A stretch of 64,000 nucleotides of DNA from a virus, in the IMG/VR virus record IMGVR_UViG_3300048573_000442, one strand, 5' to 3'. Shown here piece after piece: positions 46,744-55,391 of the stretch. The notes under the pieces were generated by a model. It worked only from the letters and a program-made list of their open reading frames with translations, was not told where the DNA came from and ran no database searches. A program made the translations under genes and the position numbers. Position 1 is the stretch's first letter; every line of letters begins with the position of its first letter.

Positions 46744-48375
46744 ATGTCTTGTGGATGTAAGCAGCCTGATAAAACACCTCTTTGGGAACCTGTGCCGTCG
46801 TTCAAGGCAACGACTTCTTATAATAGTCATTACCCGCTTCCGGGAGAAAATATCGACTGTTTTGTTAAACGGGCTCCTGAGGCGGCAAAAAACGATGTTG
46901 CCGAAAAGATAATCAATAAAATTGATAACACGTCACTTACCTCTGATACAGAAGGCGTAGTAAATCAGCAGTTCAAGTTGACGCCTGGTTCAACACAAAC
47001 CGTTCAGACATGGCGAATTTGGACTGATGGCGAACCAGAAGCCCCACAAGGATTATCATTTAATACTTCAACCGGATTGTTATCTGGAACGGTCCCAGTC
47101 GACAAGCGCAACGTCAACTATAAGGTTGAAATAAAAGCCTTTGAAAGCGATACAGTTCTTATAGACTCAAGGCAATTTAATTTCTTCCCAAAGCTTGCTG
47201 CTAAGGGAGAAGATGTTAAATTTGTTTGGCCTATGAACCCTAAGGGAAGGGTCACATCAAGTTTTGGCCCAAGAAGACCGCCCGCAGATGGTGCAAGCTC
47301 AGTTCATAAGGCTATAGATATTTCTCTGCCAGGTTCAGATTTAGGTGATATTCTGTCTGCAGCTGATGGGGTTGTAGTAAAGGCTGGTCCGGCACGTGGT
47401 TACGGGAATAGGGTTGTCATTGAGCATCGAGACGCAAACAATAAATTGGTTGCAACCACTTTATATGCGCACATGAATGAGTTTTATGTTACTGTAGGTC
47501 AAAGAGTATCTGCTGGCCAGAAGATAGCCAAAGAGGGTAATGCGGGAATAGGTTCTGGTGCCCATTTGCATTTTGAGTTGCATCGTGGCGCGTTCGGAAA
47601 CCCTGTTGATCCATTACCATACATCAACGGTAATCATATAGTCGCGCAAAATAATTTACCGGGAACAGAAGGAGAACCTGACCCGGCATCTTTTGCAGAA
47701 GTAGAAGTAACTAATTCGGCAATGACCGCGAAGGAATCAGCGAGCATTAAGTGTCCGGCTGAACTTCCAGGCCAATTCGGAACTACGCAACCTGGAGCTC
47801 TATCAGATCAGCCATCAAGTGAAGTTACTGGTGGGCAAGCATCTGATCAGTCTTCGACCGAACCGCCTTTAGTACCTTTGAGCTCAAATCCTACTATTGC
47901 GCAAGTACAGCAGGAAGTTCTTCGTGCTTTAAATGAAGACCCGTCATTGAATGATGCAGATAAAAAATATATGATGTTCTGCGCACAAATAGAAAGCGGC
48001 TTTAAAGCTGATGCATCAAACAGGGCTTCTTCTGCTAGAGGTCTTTATCAGATGCTTGATAAAACTGCTAATTCGTATTACACGAGAATCGGTTACCCCA
48101 ACCCAACCAACGAGCAGCGTAATGACCCATATCTTGCTACTAAAGCCGCAATTGAGTTTTACAAAAGGGAGCAAAAGCCATATTATCTCGAGTTCAAAGC
48201 AAATGGGACAATTGCCAATAAGCAATTGTCCCCAGAAGTTTCTGCTCGTTATCAAAATTTAACCCAGAGCGAATTTATTTACGGTCTTCTTCACCATGAC
48301 GGCGTTGGCAATGCAGTCAAAGGTAAAGATTTGCAGGGTGTGGATTATTTTCGCAGGCGCGTTCGTTCTGCCTAA
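46744..48375 (+). CDS. Dual peptidoglycan hydrolase: Ig-like + M23 peptidase + SLT transglycosylase
   Basis: PQGLSFNTSTGLLSGT (Ig-like); HKAID, GYGN, TLYAHM, HLHFE (M23); AQIESGF..A.N..SSARGLYQM (SLT). Confidence 0.9.
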   Translation: MSCGCKQPDKTPLWEPVPSFKATTSYNSHYPLPGENIDCFVKRAPEAAKNDVAEKIINKIDNTSLTSDTEGVVNQQFKLTPGSTQTVQTWRIWTDGEPEAPQGLSFNTSTGLLSGTVPVDKRNVNYKVEIKAFESDTVLIDSRQFNFFPKLAAKGEDVKFVWPMNPKGRVTSSFGPRRPPADGASSVHKAIDISLPGSDLGDILSAADGVVVKAGPARGYGNRVVIEHRDANNKLVATTLYAHMNEFYVTVGQRVSAGQKIAKEGNAGIGSGAHLHFELHRGAFGNPVDPLPYINGNHIVAQNNLPGTEGEPDPASFAEVEVTNSAMTAKESASIKCPAELPGQFGTTQPGALSDQPSSEVTGGQASDQSSTEPPLVPLSSNPTIAQVQQEVLRALNEDPSLNDADKKYMMFCAQIESGFKADASNRASSARGLYQMLDKTANSYYTRIGYPNPTNEQRNDPYLATKAAIEFYKREQKPYYLEFKANGTIANKQLSPEVSARYQNLTQSEFIYGLLHHDGVGNAVKGKDLQGVDYFRRRVRSA

Positions 48376-49011
48376 TTACATAAACTCTGACAGCCAATCT
48401 TGCCAAGTCCCGGGGAAGTTCTGCGGTTGATAAAACCATTTCGCGTTATTCTTCTCCGAAATACAGGCATTAAGCTTTAGCTGATACATGTCTCCGAGGA
48501 AGACGTGTGAAATCACAGTGATAAAATGCGGACCTGCTGGGAATAGAACCAATGTGCCCCTCTGCGGGACCAAACTGAAGTTAAATGCTGGAAATTCCAT
48601 TTTCGCCCCATACACTTCATGTCTGACATCTAAAGGGACTTGGTCATTAAAATCCTTTAGCCATACGAACCCGACGAGATCGACGTCTTTGTGAACTACC
48701 CATTGCCGACGAAGAAACTTTGCGTTTTCACAACCTGGGCCTTGTGCAGGTGACTTAGGGTTTTCAGGAAAATATTGAAGTGTTGGCTTTTCTAACGCCT
48801 TATAAGAACAGTCGTATCGCTGTTCGATGTCAGGTATTAAGCACCTAAAACGCTCTGCGATTTCAGTATCAAAGGTTGAAATGTGACGTTCAGATTTTAC
48901 TGGGTCACCATTTCCATCAGTATCCGGAGTAATCACTTGGGCGGAATTAATAATTTTCTCGCACATCATTGGCGAAAGAAAATCATGTACGATTAAAAAG
49001 GGGCTTTTCAT
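48376..49011 (-). CDS. 2OG-Fe(II) oxygenase-fold protein with apparently degenerate iron ligands
   Basis: HDFLSP..CEKII, LQYF, VWLKDFN, YGAKMEFP..LVPQRGTLVLFPAGP; GCE and FIT sit where HxD and the distal His are expected. ATG 49011 preferred. Confidence 0.7.
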   Translation of the reverse strand: MKSPFLIVHDFLSPMMCEKIINSAQVITPDTDGNGDPVKSERHISTFDTEIAERFRCLIPDIEQRYDCSYKALEKPTLQYFPENPKSPAQGPGCENAKFLRRQWVVHKDVDLVGFVWLKDFNDQVPLDVRHEVYGAKMEFPAFNFSLVPQRGTLVLFPAGPHFITVISHVFLGDMYQLKLNACISEKNNAKWFYQPQNFPGTWQDWLSEFM

Positions 49012-49076
49012 ATGTGTATGGGTTCTATAGAATTTAATGAAGCGTGCTAGCAAGTTTGGAAAAATTCCAACACTAT

Positions 49077-49084
49077 TATTTATT
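49077..49084 (-). promoter_or_regulatory. T4-type late promoter (AATAAATA)
   Basis: Recurrent motif, intergenic. Confidence 0.6.
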
Positions 49085-49140
49085 CAGATCTGCGGTCAGT
49101 AATGCTGCCAAAAAGGATTTCAGCAGCTAGATTTCCAGCT

Positions 49141-49845
49141 CTACCTTAATGTGATTCCGTCACTATTCGTATTTATGTGAGCCTGCAGCACTCTATCCAT
49201 TATACCGACTTCACGGGAAAGTTGACTAACTTCTTTTGATAGTTCTTTGTGATAGCTTCTGAATTCGGGAATTGCGGTTCTAGCAAATTCATCAACTTTT
49301 TCAACCTGTGACAACACACGGTGCATCACTTCTTGGCCGCGAAGAATATTCTCCCTGACTGAAGCGTACGCAGTTTCATTATGAGCCTCATGCGTAGATG
49401 CCTGTTTGGCTATATCAGCGAGTTGCGTATCAATCTGTCGCAGAATTGCATCATTATGGACGTCAAAAAGCTTTAGTTCCTGTTTTATGTTTTCAATATG
49501 AGCAGCAGCATTTAAAAACTCGTTTTCAACTTCCGCCTTAAGCGCGTTAATTTCTGTCGAATATCTAGAAAGGTTGCCATTTTGAATTTTTGCTCCCTCC
49601 TGCATAACCTCTAGAATAGAGATTATTTTTTGCTCTGATGCAACTAACTGTTCTATAACCAGTTTAATATCATCTGCTGAGTTGCCATTAAATACATTTG
49701 CAAGTCTGTTTAGTCCGCTTGTGTATTTTAGAAAATTTTTGATGACAAAAAATACTGCTGAACCGACAAGCGCTACTATTATAAGCAGCTCCGATGCAGA
49801 AGTATTTTCTATTAACTGTTTTAAAAGCCCAAATATGAATTCCAA
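49141..49845 (-). CDS. Single-TM coiled-coil membrane protein (holin candidate)
   Basis: One N-terminal hydrophobic helix (LLIIVALVGSAVFFVI) followed by a long coiled coil. Confidence 0.5.
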   Translation of the reverse strand: MEFIFGLLKQLIENTSASELLIIVALVGSAVFFVIKNFLKYTSGLNRLANVFNGNSADDIKLVIEQLVASEQKIISILEVMQEGAKIQNGNLSRYSTEINALKAEVENEFLNAAAHIENIKQELKLFDVHNDAILRQIDTQLADIAKQASTHEAHNETAYASVRENILRGQEVMHRVLSQVEKVDEFARTAIPEFRSYHKELSKEVSQLSREVGIMDRVLQAHINTNSDGITLR

Positions 49846-49847
49846 GA

Positions 49848-50588
49848 TTAATCCTCGTGCGTGACCACGCTTTCTTCTTTAAGTGTGACCCCTAATGTTT
49901 GTGAAGCTTTATACAGTAAAGCGATGACTTCGTCTTTATCCTCTCCGCAGTCACTGTAAAACTTGACCTCATAAGTTTTATTAGGGACTATTTTTGCAAA
50001 AAATCTCAACCGTTTTATACACTGCTGAATGCATGCGCTACTATCACTCGGGAAATCAGCAATTGATATGAATTGTTTATTATCAGATAAAACGACATTA
50101 GCATTAAATTCATGCAGTGCAACAAGTATGTGCTGCAAATACTTGCTGATTAAGTCCGTTACTTCTGAAAATAGAACATCTATTTTTACACCCTTAAGCG
50201 CTAAGAATTTCTGCTCCATAAAACCACTCATGTAGGTATGTATTAGTTTTATGTATTTAAAGATGTATTTTGAGAATACTTCTGGGTGACTTTCCAAAAC
50301 AGACAAAATTACGCGCTGCTCATCTAGAAATGATGCTGAAAAAGATGATGTCAACTCGGCAGTTGCTGTATCTGTATGTGCAGCAACAGTTAAACAAATG
50401 CGTTCAGCTCTGAAAATCCATTGCGAAAATCTATCATATGCAAGTAAAACTGCTTCTCTAGAACTTTCATCAAAGCAGAGTTCTCGTCTAGTTAGCTGCC
50501 CGAATGAATGTGCCTGAATGCTCTTAAATTTACTAATGGCAGACGCAGACACAATTCTAAATAAAATATTATTGCGCTGGTACCTCAC
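49848..50588 (-). CDS. Hypothetical protein
   Basis: 246-aa ORF in the operon; no motif recognised. Confidence 0.7.
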   Translation of the reverse strand: MRYQRNNILFRIVSASAISKFKSIQAHSFGQLTRRELCFDESSREAVLLAYDRFSQWIFRAERICLTVAAHTDTATAELTSSFSASFLDEQRVILSVLESHPEVFSKYIFKYIKLIHTYMSGFMEQKFLALKGVKIDVLFSEVTDLISKYLQHILVALHEFNANVVLSDNKQFISIADFPSDSSACIQQCIKRLRFFAKIVPNKTYEVKFYSDCGEDKDEVIALLYKASQTLGVTLKEESVVTHED

Positions 50589-51159
50589 TGCCGTCCCCCA
50601 TGTTAGTCAATTGGTCATAAAAAGTTTTTGCAAAGACAACGCATGATTCTTCATCTGCGCAATCCGTCAGAACAAATTCACAGCTTAAAACGTCTTCACC
50701 TATTTTGACGCTGAGTCGCAAATGCGACTGTGATGGCATCACGTATGACATTTCACCGATTTCAAACGATGTTTGATTCGCAGTCGTCGTTAACCCTTTA
50801 ACTGCAAGTTTATTGACTTCGGTTTCAGAACTCACGCAAAATGGTAAATCTACCGATAGATCCAAAATGGTGCAGGTTCCGACACATGCGTCTTCGCATT
50901 CAACGGGCGATTCATATGGAACTTCAGGTTCATCTGGCAGCTCAGGAAGTAAAACTTCAATCGGCGCACCTTCATTAGGCGCATTCTCGACTTCGTCTTG
51001 ATTTAGCGGTTCTGCAATTGGTTCCGAACTTGCCAACGACAATACCGGAATATGAATTGTTTTAACGTCTGTTTTTACTGAGCAGTTGCATTGCTCTAGG
51101 AACTTTAATAAGGCATCTATATCAAATGCGTCATCAAATTCGATAACAAGTGTATTCAT
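50569..51159 (-). CDS. Hypothetical acidic protein
   Basis: 196-aa ORF with a Pro/Glu-rich linker; AAGGA RBS. Confidence 0.7.
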   Translation of the reverse strand: MNTLVIEFDDAFDIDALLKFLEQCNCSVKTDVKTIHIPVLSLASSEPIAEPLNQDEVENAPNEGAPIEVLLPELPDEPEVPYESPVECEDACVGTCTILDLSVDLPFCVSSETEVNKLAVKGLTTTANQTSFEIGEMSYVMPSQSHLRLSVKIGEDVLSCEFVLTDCADEESCVVFAKTFYDQLTNMGDGSEVPAQ

Positions 51160-51395
51160 ACAAAATTCCTTTTATGTGGAATTCCTGCTAATTCTCTAAC
51201 ACGGGAATTAGACATTTTGTCTGATGGCTTTAATAGGGCAGCAGTCTTTCGGTGTTCAAGCATTGTCGCCTCGCGTTCAATATAATCAGCGATAACTGAT
51301 TCGATTGCTTCAGCATTAGGAGCACTCTTTCTAAGGTGCTCCTTTAATAACGTATGAATTTCTGAAGCTAATTCTCTCGCTTGTGATTTCTGCAT
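51156..51395 (-). CDS. Small hypothetical protein with C-terminal RELAGI motif
   Basis: 79-aa ORF; AAGG RBS. Confidence 0.7.
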   Translation of the reverse strand: MQKSQARELASEIHTLLKEHLRKSAPNAEAIESVIADYIEREATMLEHRKTAALLKPSDKMSNSRVRELAGIPHKRNFV

Positions 51396-51405
51396 TTTGC
51401 CGCCT

Positions 51406-52071
51406 TTAAATTGAAAGATTTGTGTAAAATTTATTTATTCTCTGCAATAAAGAATCATAGTATTTTTCTAAGTTGACGTTGAATTCTTGTGGAAACCCAT
51501 TCATGGAGGACATAATAATAACGCCGTCCACTATATTTGTTCCGAACATTTCATTGTGCATTATAGAATATGCTGCTAATTGTAGAAAATAATCCTCGAT
51601 ATCTTTTTTATGCTTTATACGCCTCGATGTCTTGAAATCAATAATGCATTCTTTGCCGTTGTAAATTCCAATGCAATCGCATCTTCCAGCGACTTGAATC
51701 GCATCAGAATACAGTGCGACTTCTTGCCCCCAAACTTCACTCACTTTTTTAAGTTTTAGTTTTAAGCCATTAAAAGATTTAATGGCGTCTTCGCTAAAAG
51801 TTTCGCCTTCATTAATGAGTTTCTCGCCGTTCAAAAATCTTTCAGCAAGCAGATGGACCGCAGTGCCTTTATCTGCTGCTTCTTTCGTAATCGAATCGGC
51901 TTCATCTCCCAAATTATTCTTCCACGCATTAAGGGAATCTATCTTTTCCTGAGACGCACTGTTACCGAGCACAGTTGTAATGGACGGATAGAAATTCCCT
52001 TTCAATGTTTCATAGACTCGAAGCCCAGAAACATTAGCGGAGGAAATATTAGGATAATCAAATTTTGGCAT
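51406..52071 (-). CDS. PD-(D/E)XK exonuclease (Cas4/RecB-like, T4-like phage exonuclease)
   Basis: YPSITTVL, GTAVH..AE, AGRCDCI, IIDFKTS, YFLQLAAY; ATG 52071 preferred. Confidence 0.9.
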   Translation of the reverse strand: MPKFDYPNISSANVSGLRVYETLKGNFYPSITTVLGNSASQEKIDSLNAWKNNLGDEADSITKEAADKGTAVHLLAERFLNGEKLINEGETFSEDAIKSFNGLKLKLKKVSEVWGQEVALYSDAIQVAGRCDCIGIYNGKECIIDFKTSRRIKHKKDIEDYFLQLAAYSIMHNEMFGTNIVDGVIIMSSMNGFPQEFNVNLEKYYDSLLQRINKFYTNLSI

Positions 52072-55000
52072 CGATAGGGGACTTGGCTGCAAATATGATC
52101 GTCTTCTCTTCAATTGCGTTGGTCACCGCATCTAGTCGACTTTTTATAATACCCGAGTTCGTTATCTTTGTTAATGCTCTACGAACAGCAGGGCGATTCA
52201 TTTGGTGGGAAACTGAAGTGTTCAAGTCGAGGTCGATTCCGATGGCACTTAGCAGTCGGGAAACTATTGCAGTTGCATCTTCTTCTGGCTCAATTGCTTC
52301 TGAAACTTTTGAAATATTTTTGCCACCTACTGTAATGACGCCCAACTGTTCAGCCATTGAGGTAAACAGTAAACGAATTTCGCTATCATCCGCAATAATA
52401 GCGGCTGAAGCTTTAATGCCTGCCTTTAATGCTCGGGCTGCAGATGTAGTGATTGTTTCTGGAAGCCCCAAAGTATCCAAAACATCGAACACTTCTTGTT
52501 GATATTTGTTAGTCAGCTGTTTACCAAAATTCGATTGTTCAGTCACTCCACCTGCGGCCAAAGAATCTAGCGCATTGGTAAGTTTAGTTGTCCACATTTT
52601 GAATGCACTGTTCTTCTTAAACATTTTACTTGCACTGACTATGCCGTCGCGAAGTTCGCTTTTGTGCAATTCGAGGGCTCCAACAGGTGCACCCAAGGAA
52701 ATCATAATGGAAATAACTGCTTGATCTGCAACAGCCGGGAAAAAGGAAGATAGTTCCTTTGACTTGGCATCAAGTTTTCCAGATTTTAAACCAACTTTTA
52801 CGGGTTCTCGTTTTCCCGGTTTATTCTTAGCTTCAGAAAGCATTTTATTCTTAAATTTTTGCCCAAATGTTTCCACGGTTTGCTCCTTGTTTATTTTTTT
52901 CTTTTTTGTTGGCGGTTGTTCGTCGTCTTCTAACTCGTCGTTTTGTTCATCCTCAAGTTCATCTGTGTCATCTGTGTCGTCCTCAAGCTCATCTTCTTGG
53001 CCATCAGATTCATCCTCGGGCTCTTGCTCAAGCTTATCTGCGTCATCTTCAAGTTCATCTTCTTGGCTATCCGGTTCATCTTCAAGTTCATCAGGCTCTT
53101 GCTCTAGTTCGCCTTCTTCGCCATCAGAGTGATCTTCTGACTCTTCTTTGTCATCTTCCTCTTCATCAGATTTTGTTCCGAGGAAAATATCCGGTTCATC
53201 TTCACCTTGACTGGATTCTCCATCGACATCTTTATCTATCTGCTTATCTAGCGTTAGGTCTACGCCTTCTGACTCATCTGGAACTTCGGCTGTCTCAACC
53301 TCTGACTCATCTGGCGCTTCTGACTCATCTGGAACCTCTGACTCATCTGACACTTCTGGAACTTCTGGCTGCTTTGGCCATTCGACATCAATAATATCAT
53401 AAGTGTTCGCAAGATTGTTAATAACAATTTCAGCATCATCTTCTTTCCCCAGGCTATCGGCTAATGCTTTTTCGAAATCATCAGCGTGTTGAGCATTAAC
53501 CCAGACCTTCATAATTGACCCGTCACTGTTTTCCATTCCGAAAGCAACGCTATCAACTTCGTCATTAATCTCATGCGCTTTCTGAAGATACTTGCTTACA
53601 TCCATCTGGGAGTTTGCATTGTTCACTGTAATGTTATTGCGCAGAGTTTTAAATTCTGGATCTTTTACTGCAGAAGAATTGTCGTCTACGTCTTTTGCAA
53701 ACTTGATATCATTAAACGAAGAAAAACTCTCTGGAACAGTCGACGGAAACATTCCACTGCGTTTAAACTTTGCAGCTTTTTGGAATTTTCGAACTTTGCT
53801 AACTATGGGCTTACCACCTTTAAAAATTCTCTTTTCCACTGGCTCTACTGCAGAAGACGTCGTTGTTGCTTCTGCTTCTCCGTCTTCATTGACAGCTCGA
53901 AGTAAATTAAATTTCATGTTTTCCTCTTTAAAAAGCGATGTTAGAACCCGGCCGTATAGAGCAAGAACCAACTCTTCTGGCGTAGAACTTGCAGATACAG
54001 ATTTTTTAAGTTTTGCAATATCTGCTTTTGTTTCTGCGAAAGATGTTAGAGTTCGGCCTATTACATCTGGACTCATTCCGATCTGCTTGCCGGTTTTTAA
54101 ATTCAGCTTGATTTCTGTCGCAGTCGATTTAAATTTTTGCAGTTCCGCCTCTATATCAGAGTCTGCAGACCCAAGAATTGCCAAAATCTTGGCCTTTACC
54201 GAATGCACGCTGGTAATATTTAAACTAGCCGCAAGTTCTTTTGCCGTGGCTTGGGCATCAATGCCTTTTAACTTGCTAACAAACTTTTTAGCGGTTGATG
54301 TTACAGCCAATTCCTTAGCGCCAAGTAGGGAAGCAATACGTATTTTTGACTGGCCCAAAATTCCGCCCCTATCATCTATTGGCGCATCCTGATCAGAAGT
54401 TCTAATAGGACCGGAAATAGAATTTCTGATGGAACTGTTAAATGAATTTATTGCCGTGAAAGTATCCTTATCTACTAACTTAGCTTGTTCTCCGCTCTTT
54501 GGGTCCCTGATAACTATACCTTCGACTCCGAGGTCTTCATCAGGGTGCAGTAAATCGGTTTGCAATGCAGGTTTAATCTTACGAACTAAGGTGTTTAGCA
54601 ATAAGTCTTTAATTGGCTTTTTATATTTTGAAAGCAGGAAATCATTTATGCGCTGACGCTCTGTTTTTACGACTTCGCGATCAGCTTTACCGATTGACCC
54701 CAAATTTATTTCTGCCACGTCCCCGTTAGTCTTGCTTCTAAGCTTCGTGTTCTTCTCGCTTAAGAATTTCTTTAATGATTCTAACATGCGGCCAACTTCA
54801 TGGAGGTCCACATGCTTTAGACTAATTGGTGAAACCTCTACAATTTGCCACTGCATTTTAACATCTGAAGAAGTCAGTTTCTCTCCGTCATCAGAACTGA
54901 TCACAGTTGAGGTTACGCCAATAGTCTTCTTGTTGAGCAACTTTGAAAGCTTTTCAAAACGTTCTGTTGCTGAACTGTCAACAGCGCGAAGCATTACTAT

Positions 55001-55375
55001 GAAGTTTTTATCATCAACTCCATATGTAACGGTGTTTGGTTGGCGACCAAACATGATTTCGACTTCTATTAAATCGCCTTCTTTTAAGATTTGGGTAATC
55101 TGTGATTTTACCGTTTCTAGAGCTATGTGTGCAGCCCTGAAACCATTATATGCTGCCACTGCAACATAATCTGTTTCACTATAAAATCTCGAAGATTTTG
55201 AAGATTTTCCTTCGCGCGAAGTAAAAAACCCTTTATCATCATAACCAAACCATAGATTTGAACCATCAAGTTTTTCGGTTATGATTTTTTCTTTAAGGGT
55301 TTCAACTGTTTTGATGAACTGCTGAATTGACAGATCTTCGAGGTGAGCTATTCCTTCGTGTAGTATTGTTTGCAT
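52058..55375 (-). CDS. Large multidomain protein: N-terminal RNA/DNA-ligase-like nucleotidyltransferase, acidic repeat linker, helical C-terminal domains
   Basis: EGIAHLEDL, motif I TEKLDGSN, motif IV EGIVIRD, motif V AKLVDK; D/E-rich region of about 170 aa. Confidence 0.7.
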   Translation of the reverse strand: MQTILHEGIAHLEDLSIQQFIKTVETLKEKIITEKLDGSNLWFGYDDKGFFTSREGKSSKSSRFYSETDYVAVAAYNGFRAAHIALETVKSQITQILKEGDLIEVEIMFGRQPNTVTYGVDDKNFIVMLRAVDSSATERFEKLSKLLNKKTIGVTSTVISSDDGEKLTSSDVKMQWQIVEVSPISLKHVDLHEVGRMLESLKKFLSEKNTKLRSKTNGDVAEINLGSIGKADREVVKTERQRINDFLLSKYKKPIKDLLLNTLVRKIKPALQTDLLHPDEDLGVEGIVIRDPKSGEQAKLVDKDTFTAINSFNSSIRNSISGPIRTSDQDAPIDDRGGILGQSKIRIASLLGAKELAVTSTAKKFVSKLKGIDAQATAKELAASLNITSVHSVKAKILAILGSADSDIEAELQKFKSTATEIKLNLKTGKQIGMSPDVIGRTLTSFAETKADIAKLKKSVSASSTPEELVLALYGRVLTSLFKEENMKFNLLRAVNEDGEAEATTTSSAVEPVEKRIFKGGKPIVSKVRKFQKAAKFKRSGMFPSTVPESFSSFNDIKFAKDVDDNSSAVKDPEFKTLRNNITVNNANSQMDVSKYLQKAHEINDEVDSVAFGMENSDGSIMKVWVNAQHADDFEKALADSLGKEDDAEIVINNLANTYDIIDVEWPKQPEVPEVSDESEVPDESEAPDESEVETAEVPDESEGVDLTLDKQIDKDVDGESSQGEDEPDIFLGTKSDEEEDDKEESEDHSDGEEGELEQEPDELEDEPDSQEDELEDDADKLEQEPEDESDGQEDELEDDTDDTDELEDEQNDELEDDEQPPTKKKKINKEQTVETFGQKFKNKMLSEAKNKPGKREPVKVGLKSGKLDAKSKELSSFFPAVADQAVISIMISLGAPVGALELHKSELRDGIVSASKMFKKNSAFKMWTTKLTNALDSLAAGGVTEQSNFGKQLTNKYQQEVFDVLDTLGLPETITTSAARALKAGIKASAAIIADDSEIRLLFTSMAEQLGVITVGGKNISKVSEAIEPEEDATAIVSRLLSAIGIDLDLNTSVSHQMNRPAVRRALTKITNSGIIKSRLDAVTNAIEEKTIIFAAKSPIDAKI
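52920..53365 (-). repeat. Coding tandem repeats (PDESE and DELED units)
   Basis: TCTGACTCATCTG recurs at 53268, 53301, 53319 and 53337 (18-nt period); LEQEP...QEDELEDD is duplicated around 52970-53110. Confidence 0.85.
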
Positions 55376-55391
55376 GCTAAACTCTTTTTAC

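Noticed and set aside
51406-52071. Cas4 as evidence of a CRISPR-Cas system
   Set aside because: This is a solitary PD-(D/E)XK exonuclease common in T4-like phages; no other cas genes or array are present.
53268-53365. Possible CRISPR-like repeat array
   Set aside because: The 13-nt core with 18-nt period lies in-frame within a coding region (PDESE units) and has no unique 25-45 nt spacers.
53592-54392. 266-aa plus-strand ORF, and similar long antisense ORFs (e.g. 2579..3067, 7779..8210, 12762..13175, 52764..53394, 60761..61219)
   Set aside because: They are antisense shadows of well-supported genes, with no RBS or promoter and Ser/Phe-rich compositions mirroring the sense codons.
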